Origin: Octopus sinensis | Lineage: Eukaryota | Assembly (NCBI RefSeq): GCF_006345805.1 | Contig: NC_043015.1 | Span: 8,990,001 to 9,054,000, forward strand | DNA: 64,000 nucleotides | Reading direction: 5' to 3' | Shown: positions 55,258 through 64,000 of the stretch, piece by piece | Numbering within the stretch: the first letter of the stretch is position 1 | How the letters are laid out: each line of letters opens with the position of its first letter | Position numbers and translations under genes: made by a program | The notes under the pieces: generated by a model | What the model was told of the DNA's origin: nothing | The model's input: the letters and a program-made list of their open reading frames with translations, nothing else | Databases searched by the model: none

Positions 55258-56054
55258 GCATACTCCTACAGCAACACACACTCGCATGCATTCGTACACT
55301 CATTTCCACTCCACACACACCAGCAGCAAATATCTACCAACCCCATCTCCTTCAGCCTTTACTTAACTCCTCTCTACTCAATCCTGTCCCACACTTCAGT
55401 GCCTTCCCCTACAACACACAGTATTCCCCCTTAAAAGTGAGAATACTGTGTATAGACTATAAACATGCATAGTATAGGGTCACAGACACACTTTTTCACA
55501 CGGGAACACCACACGAACAAGCGCACATCAACTGCTAAACACAAGCGTTTGCACACGGACATACGAAGGCAAACAGACATATACACACACTTAATGACCT
55601 CAGATATATACACATATACACACGCATACACACACACACACGCTTGCGGCACCTGGTTCGTCTGGGTCCCCTTTGTTATCACACTTTCACTCAGCCTCCT
55701 TCTTCCAGCCATTTCATCAGGTTGAAACTTTGCCAACACATTCATTACTATATCCGTCTTAATTTTTTCGTTCTCTTTCCGTTATATTTTCGTCTTTACA
55801 CGTTCCGTGGAATAGCGCAGGATCGAAACATCACAAACTTACAATTCCCTAATACACACGCTTGTTGTTTTTTTCAACTGTCTTTGCCTTTTTTTTCTGT
55901 AAAATCGAAGTATACATATATACGGTTGTCGACAATTTTTTCTGCTCTGAAAGGGTTTTATTCTATAGATACTGTTCTGTAAGTATTTACGCGTTGCAAA
56001 ATATATCTTTCTATTTGTTCTACGATATATTTCAATGCTTCAAAAGCAAACTTG

Positions 56055-56095
<41 letters not shown>

Positions 56096-56200
56096 TATAT
56101 ATAATATATATATTATATATATATATATATATTGTATGTATATATATGCATATATACATATGTATATATATGTATATATATGAATATATATATATATATT

Positions 56201-56257
<57 letters not shown>

Positions 56258-56293
56258 TATATATATACATATATATGTATGTACATGTATATG

Positions 56294-56327
<34 letters not shown>

Positions 56328-56719
56328 TAAGTTAGTTTTAACTTAATAATTACGATGCACACTCTTCTCGCTTTACTATCGCTTCCCTGTCTATCTCTCA
56401 CCCTCCTCTCCTGTTCTTCATCCTTTCTGGTTTTCTCTCCCACCCTTCCCTATTTTTCTCCTCTCCTCTGCCCTAATCCCTCTCTCTCACTCCTCCTCCT
56501 CGGCTCTCTCATCGCTGACACATGACGAAAGATAAACTTTCTGCCTACAACCTTCGTAAAGAAAAAAAAATGCTTATACTGTCTCCTTCATAAGCTTGTC
56601 TTCCTCGCGTTCATAATATTCTTAATAACGTCTTGGCTTAAAAGCCCTCACTGTTTGTCTGTACTGTTTTGTTCTAACTGTCCTGTTCTCAGGACATAGA
56701 ACAATATATCAAATAAAAG

Positions 56720-58790
56720 AACAGTAACTACCTACCATCAAAAGGAAGAAATAAAAGACTGGACTATTTTTGCATCCACATCCAGAGTCTTCCCTTTACC
56801 CCATACAAACCCAAGGTTAAGTCCAACTTTGATAGGGATGAATGGAAAAAACCTATGAGACCCACCACAGGACATAAGCCTTACTATTAAAGAAGCCGAC
56901 AAAGTTAGTACTGTGTTCCTTATGAATATAGATTTTTATAAACACCTAGTACTTTCCTTGCTAAATGACAACACTTTCTATGAAGAAAACACCAACTATA
57001 AACAACAAGAAACACCTAAAAACATCACTACCCTCATACTCCAACACGGTCAAGGGCTCAGGAAAAAAGAATAGGATTATATCACCAATTTCAAATGCAA
57101 GCTCAGCCTCTTTTATGGCCTTCCTAATGTCCATAAAAAGAAATCCGTCACCGAAGCCTGCAAACTCTCCTCTGACATCTGCATCAACATCAAGACACCG
57201 GAGGACCTAAAACTAAGGTCCATCATAGCTGGCACCTCCTGCGAAACACACCGCTTGAGCAATTTCCTGGACATCCTTTTGAAACCTTTCCTTAGTCACA
57301 TCAAAAGTTTCATTAGAGATGATCTTGACATGCTTAAGCACCTCCCGAAAACAACCAGTGAGGCGGCATTCATGTTGTCCTTTGATGTTATCAACCTCTA
57401 TACCAACATCCCACATGAATATGGTATTGAGGCAATTGATTTCGGGCTGGAGAAACACTCAGAAGCGTTTCCTAACCGCATTAATAAGACCTTCATTACG
57501 GAATCACTTAATTTCATTTTAACAAACGATTATTTCCTCTTCGAAAACACACACTACTCTCAAAACTGTGGTACCCCGATGGGTACCAAAGCTGCACCAG
57601 TCCTTGCGAACCTCATAATGGTTTTCTCCGAACTATCACTCTATGACATATTCCGTCAGAAATTTGGACAACTTTTCCACATCTACTTAATGGTAAACTG
57701 GGAAATGTACCTACATGATAGTTTCATCATATGGAAAGAATCTTATGAAAAACTTCTGGGATTCAAAACCCTACTTGAAAACATACAACCCAACATTCAA
57801 TTCACTATGGAATTCAGCAAACATCATCTCCCTTTCCTTGATCTCCTAATTATAAAAACACCTAACAACCAAATCACAACAGACATCTAGCACAAACCTA
57901 CAGACTTACACCAAACCTCCTCTTTAATTCATGCCTCCCAAAACACACCAAGATAAATATCCTTTTCAACTTACTTAAAAGAGTATGCACCATTGTCTCG
58001 GATCCAAAATCTCGAGAAATACGCCTTCATGACCTCAAAAAACACGATTACAACGCAAATATCCATCCACACTCATACACCATGGAATAAAAGGTGACAA
58101 AGAACTAGACAATAATACTCTCAAAACCACCCAATACATGAACACATCCAACCTGAAAATACTTCCATACATTTCCACCTACACCCCCAAAGCCATCGAA
58201 TCATCCACCACAATCATACAAAACCTCCCAAAATTGAATAATATTATCAATACACATAAAATCTTTAAATGCAAAAGCAACATAAATCTTTGAAAAATCT
58301 CTTAACAAATGCCAAACTTCACACACCACATCCACCCAAAATGTGCATGTCCTAGCTGTGGTAACTGCCCCTTCCTACATGAAGGCCCTGAATCTACTTT
58401 AAAACAAGGAGCAAAGCTTAAAATGAAGACCAACTTCTCCTGTTCCTCCGAGAACCTCATCTACGTTCTCACATGCGTCGGTTGCGAACACAATTATGTT
58501 TGACAAACAAACCTTCTTTACGCAGAAGAGTAGCAGTCCATAAAGAACACATAAATTTCCCACTATGCCGTCAAATTTCACTCTATAGCCACATAGAATC
58601 TTGCGCTAGAGATAAAAATCCCAAATTTCACATATTCCCTTTCTACCAAGGTAAAGACAGAATCTCTTCACAAGAAAGAATCAAGGAGAATCTTTTAGAA
58701 AAAAATTCCAAACGCGTCTTAATATGCAAACTCCAAGGTGACCATACTCCTTTTTCTTGCATCCTATCTGACAAAAAATTGATCTAAGCA
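56720..58790 (+). mobile_element. Near full-length decayed Penelope-like retroelement (RT plus GIY-YIG)
   Basis: IKEADK, FYGLPNVHK, LRSIIAG, SFDVINLYTNIP, GTPMGTKAAPVLANL, YLHDSF, LPFLDL, KCACPSCGNCPF linker, NLIYVLTC..CEHNYV*QT, RVAVHKEH; several frameshifts and stops. Confidence 0.92.
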
Positions 58791-59357
58791 TCCTGTTTGA
58801 CAGAAAACACATCATTCCAATTAAAGAGCATAAAATCCATAGAAAAATATCCCCTTACTCACGGGAACTGGATAATCCCTATCCCATTTCCTGTTTTGAC
58901 ACACAATTACCCACACTCTTTCAAAATATACACAACATTTAAACACATGCATCCTAATCCTCCAAAGATGTTTTTCCAAGTACTATTATTGAACTATAAA
59001 AGCATAACGACTCTAAATTATATTGGTATGCTTATTTATTAATTTTTGTATATATGCATTATTATTTTTTTGAAAAAAACATTGTAAATTTCTTTTTTTC
59101 CTTTCCTAAATTGAAAGAAAAAATCCTCTTCCAAATCTTGAAACTTTGCCTTGCACTGACGGCCGTTTTGATTTATTATTTTTTTCTTTTTTAATTTTTC
59201 ATACACCCATTTATATTAAAATTTACATTCAATTTAGCAGTCTGCCTTATTATAATTTTCCTCTTCTATCATTTCTCCACATGCGGTTAACACAACCACA
59301 CCATTTACTAACTTATATACATATATATGTATATATATATTTATATATGTATGTATG

Positions 59358-59473
<116 letters not shown>

Positions 59474-62400
59474 AGTGGATAGATTTATAGATAAATACAT
59501 ATGAAAGAATCTTTCCTTAGATGCAAAATTATTATCTAATAAATCTTCACAAATACATATTCTTGAACCAATTTTTCGTGAAGCGCGATTTGCTATTTCG
59601 TCCTTGAAGTATTCAGCCACGCGCATTACATATACATCTACAGGCATGTTATATGTTCACTTGTGTCAAATACTTTTGTCCATTCCAGGAATACTTGCGT
59701 GATTACATAATCAATTACCTAAACCCTCGTAATTATGCTGTTTTCCACCCTAATATAATAAGAAAAATTCCGCTATGATGCCATTTGAGATCGAACTGTT
59801 GTCAATATTAAACATGATTAACGTTTGGCAAAATGACAATAATCGAAGAACGCGTTAACTTTTCTACGAGCCCCGAGAATGCATTAACTTTTGTAAACAT
59901 AAAATGTGCCTCAAGCAATAAATAGATGTGAATTTTAGCGTTTGTTTTTATTAATTTACTTTTTAAGCCAAGGTTTAATATTGATTTTCTAACAAGTAAA
60001 ATAAATGAGAAAATATAACGAATAATTTTCGTTCTTTGAAACAGGATTTCGTAACTATCTTCACTTTAAAAGAAAGAAAATTTTCTAAGGATTTAAGATA
60101 TCAAACATCTTCTGGGTTTTAAAAATTTCGACACTTTAGATTCACATCCTCAAAAATAAAGGAAAGCAATATAAATTCTTGGAAAATTATTTTTAGCTTC
60201 CGTCTTCTTTTTAAACATGTTTCTTTTTGAGATTACAAAATGAATTTACACGTTGTCATATTTTCTTTCAATTTCTCACTCATTCACACACATATTTTAT
60301 CATTAATTTAGTTCGTTTTTGCTGGAGGAATTCATGTTTCAAGTGCGTTTATATATTACATTTCTGTAAATAAGGAATCATTTTCTCAAATTTCAGACTC
60401 ATAATATTGATTGCTTACGATAATTTCCCACATTCGTGTTCTGGTCTCAAATCAAAGTTTTGCGGTTTTTTTAGTATTTTTTAAATGAGAAAACAAAATA
60501 TATACCATGAAGATAATTTGCAGCCACAGTTAACTGAAATATATAAGTATAAACATATGTTTTGTATCTGTGAATCGCTATTACAATTAAATTAAAGTGA
60601 AATGCTTCAAAATATGAAACAGCAAAATTTTCACAGCTTAAATATTGAACATAGCTTAATTTCTTAAACATACAATCAAAATGCATTGAAATATTTGACA
60701 TGCAAATCAGACATATTACATAAATGGTTTCATATTCTAAATTAAAACACATTTTCATGAACTTAAAGCGGAAACGATTTTTCATGGAGATGTTGTGAAC
60801 ATGAGATCCTGAAAATATAAAATATTCAGATTATTTATTAGTATCACAATCATTAATTTATTGTTCCTTCTAATATTTTCGATGTTTCGAAACTTGATAT
60901 AATCAGGTCAGTAACTTGCTATCTAAAAGTAGAAACAGGGTGGATAAACATTTCAAACAAAAATGTCTAAATTTTCCGCCTGTCATAATCCCCTTTGAGA
61001 ATATCAAACAACACCATATCTGAACCGAAATTACGTTATTTTATGTATATAGAGAGTAACTAATCCAATACGAGAGTAAAAATCAGAAGGCAAACACGAA
61101 ATTTAGCACCGCCCATTTAATATTTCTCCGTGAAAAGAACAATATATAATACCTTCACAAAAGTCATGTAACATTTGGATGTTTCAAAGGATTTTGAAGT
61201 GAAAGCTGGAATACATGAAGAAGTGTTTTAGAAAATGTGGTTTACCAAACGTAATCTTTTGAAAAAAGTTACAATTTTTTTCTATTCCCTGCTGATAATG
61301 TTATCCTTTATTGTATCAGTTATAACTCAGGTTTAGTAGATTGACAAAAGCTAGAGAATTGAACTATCACATTTGATTTCCTTGCTACTTTTCGAAGTCG
61401 TATAAATTCTGTGCAATTTCAAAATGCCGGTCAAATTTCCAAAGAGAAGCTGCCTCGAATTTATTGCTCCAATGATGCAATATGGTTACTTCGTTTGTAA
61501 CACACACTACAAATCAGCATTTACTTGGATTTTTCTACAGCATGAAATGTTTTACATAGTTCTCTCAGTTTCCCTACAAACTTTACTTGCATTATTCTAT
61601 GAAAATATCGTAAACAGTTTAACTTCTTCATATTCTGTGTGAGTTTTTAAGCAATAATATTTAGGAGTTTTCCTGTTACGTAGTACTTTCACACTTTCAA
61701 GAGATATGCATATTTAAAAAATGTTTTTCAAGGGCTTCCTTTTTCTTTCCAATTGCAAATGTTTCCTGTACTACGCTTTGGATTATTTGTAGATGTAAAT
61801 ATTCAGTTCAATTGTCAGATATAATTTTGGATTCATCCAGATATAAAGTAATATTTTGCAGTTCTATGAAATTTACATCCATGTATTCATACTAAAGAAC
61901 CTCCCGAAGTCATTTTCATGAGTTGAAATCTAACAGCAATAATTATATTTTATCATTGTACTCATCCTTCTAAGTTATACCTCATTTGCCCGTTATATTG
62001 CGAGTAATTTATTGAAGCCTTCTTAGTTGTTTGACACTGAGATTTCTAAGATTATAACCTGAAACTCTTTATTTAAATGATATAAGTTTCATTGCGCTCA
62101 TCGTTTTTAACTCGTCCTAAAATGTCGTCAGCAATGTCTATATATAAATCAAGTGAAAGGAGTGCATTGCGAACAATTAAATACATATTTGTAATTGATT
62201 TTCATTTATGTAGGGACAGATAATGAAAGAATTGTAGAGATAAATATAGAGATAAAAAAAGGGTAGAGATAAAAAAGGTAGCGATAAATCTTCAAGTATG
62301 TGTGTGAGTAAGTATGTGTGTGTCCGTGTGTGTGTGCGCGCGCACATAGATTTCTTCATCTTTGTAATACTCATTTTTTGTATATTTACTGCAATCAGAC

Positions 62401-62506
62401 ACCATCACACAAAAGTGATATAGAACATTTATTAACTCCCTCATCTGTAGGCTGCTGAGGTGCCAAATGCATTTCGGGAAAATATCACATAGGAATTATA
62501 AAGGTT

Positions 62507-62538
<32 letters not shown>

Positions 62539-62696
62539 ATATATAATATATATATATTATATATATATATATACATGAATACATACATAAAAACATGCAT
62601 ATATATATATATATATATATATATTTAGATACATATATACATGCATACATGCATACTTATATACATACATATATGCAAACACAGATATATACGTAT

Positions 62697-62965
62697 AGGC
62701 GTGTCTCTGAGGTGGGAGGCCTCCTTCTCAACCACATGTTTCGGGGTTCATATCACTGCTTGACTCCTTGGTCGATTATCTTCTAGTGTATTCTCAGACC
62801 GAATAAAACCCTATGACTGGTTTCTTTCACAGAAGGTGAAAGGAGCCAGGTGTATATATGCATGCGGGCTTGTGTATGTACGTATGTGTGCGCCTTTCTG
62901 TGTGTCTTTGTCTCCCACCACCGCATAAGGACCAGCGCTGGAGTATTCCCGGTCCCATAATTTAT
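62697..62965 (+). mobile_element. Degenerate tRNA-derived SINE
   Basis: ggcgtgtct...accacatgtttcggggttcatatcactgc B-box region, gaccgaataaaaccctatga..., internal TG/TA linker, ccaccaccgc...ggtcccataa. Confidence 0.7.
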
Positions 62966-63104
62966 TTCGTTTACAACCAATAATTAGTGCGATCGATGTT
63001 CGACAACATTTGTGGAAGATTGTACCACACTATGGCTACAGAGTAATGATTCATACAAGCAAAATATAATTGATTTTGTTCCTTTCATGAATCTTATCAT
63101 CCAT

Positions 63105-63410
63105 GCCATCATTCACATCATCATCATCATCGTCATCATCATCACTATTATCATCATCAACAGCACCACCACCATCATCATTGTCATCATCATCATAATC
63201 ATCACGACAAACACCACGATCATCATGATCATCATCACCACCAACACCACCACTACCACCAAAATCACCAGCACACCGTCAACACCGTTAACACCACCAC
63301 CACCATCACTAACACCACCGCCACTACTAACACGATCATGATCATGATCGTCATCATCATCATCATTATCATCAGCACCACCACCACCATTACCACCGCC
63401 ATCATCATCG
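63105..63410. repeat. (CAT)n/(CAC)n compound trinucleotide array
   Basis: Direct inspection. Confidence 0.9.
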
Positions 63411-64000
63411 ACTCCTTGTTATTATTGCTTGTGTTAGTATTAAGGCTGACAATTTCTTAGTTCACTATCGTAGATTTTTAGCTTTGGTAAAGAAGCTCAA
63501 TAAAGCATGCCTTACGTTACAAGCCATTTTATCGCAATATATTTACTTATAAACAGAATATGTAGCGACATTTTCATTTTGCTTCTGGTTTCGCTAGGTT
63601 TGCGATGACGCATAAACAGCAGAACTGCTTCCATATGGAAAGAAGTAGAATATATTCTTGCCATTGAGGAACAAAATGAAACAAAGTAAACTGATTTACA
63701 GTAAAATGTGTATGCTGCGAAAGTAACAAACACCATTTTTACGAAACATGCACACAGATACACGCGCAAACACATGCGTACTCGGGCTTACACTCAAATC
63801 ATGTTAATTGTGAAAGCTTGTGTTATATTCTCTATAAAACAGTAACATTATGTGCATAAGAAAAGCATACCTATAATCCATCCACCAAAACTTCCACACG
63901 TGCAAATGTTTCTGTTCCAGACTCTCTTTATTGATGCATACCCGATCTGAAACATTACACCTGTCAATCAAGTCCTAACATTGAAAAATATATTCGAGCT

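Noticed and set aside
58501-58503. In-frame TGA in the PLE endonuclease as possible selenocysteine (some Naiad PLEs are reported as selenoproteins)
   Set aside because: It replaces the conserved Gly of the YIG motif (GGA to TGA) in an element with many other stops and frameshifts; no SECIS identified
62730-62790. Minus-strand TAGAAGA...GAAACATGT hammerhead-like string
   Set aside because: It is the reverse complement of the SINE B-box region, and position 17 would be G

Overview
AT-rich eukaryotic non-coding DNA, dense in (TA)n, (CA)n, (AAT)n, (GAA)n and (TATC)n microsatellites. The tRNA-derived SINE families are ones I recognise from memory as typical of Octopus genomes; this was not checked against a database. 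I cannot support any intact host gene. Most ORF-track entries are microsatellite read-throughs or decayed transposons. Recognisable fossils: one Tc1 and three mariner transposase remnants, a 125-bp mariner-type MITE, two R4/Dong-like restriction-endonuclease LINE relics, CR1-type LINE 3' ends, several SINEs, and two Penelope-like elements (RT plus Cys-linker plus GIY-YIG; the 56.7-58.8 kb copy is nearly full length). The most interesting stretch is 52.8-58.8 kb. It holds two ~205-bp repeats with a minimal hammerhead-ribozyme-like fold and non-canonical cores, a perfect spacer-less 102-bp palindrome, a half hammerhead on the minus strand and further inverted repeats, all just upstream of the Penelope-like ORF. 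TE boundaries are approximate unless stated otherwise.
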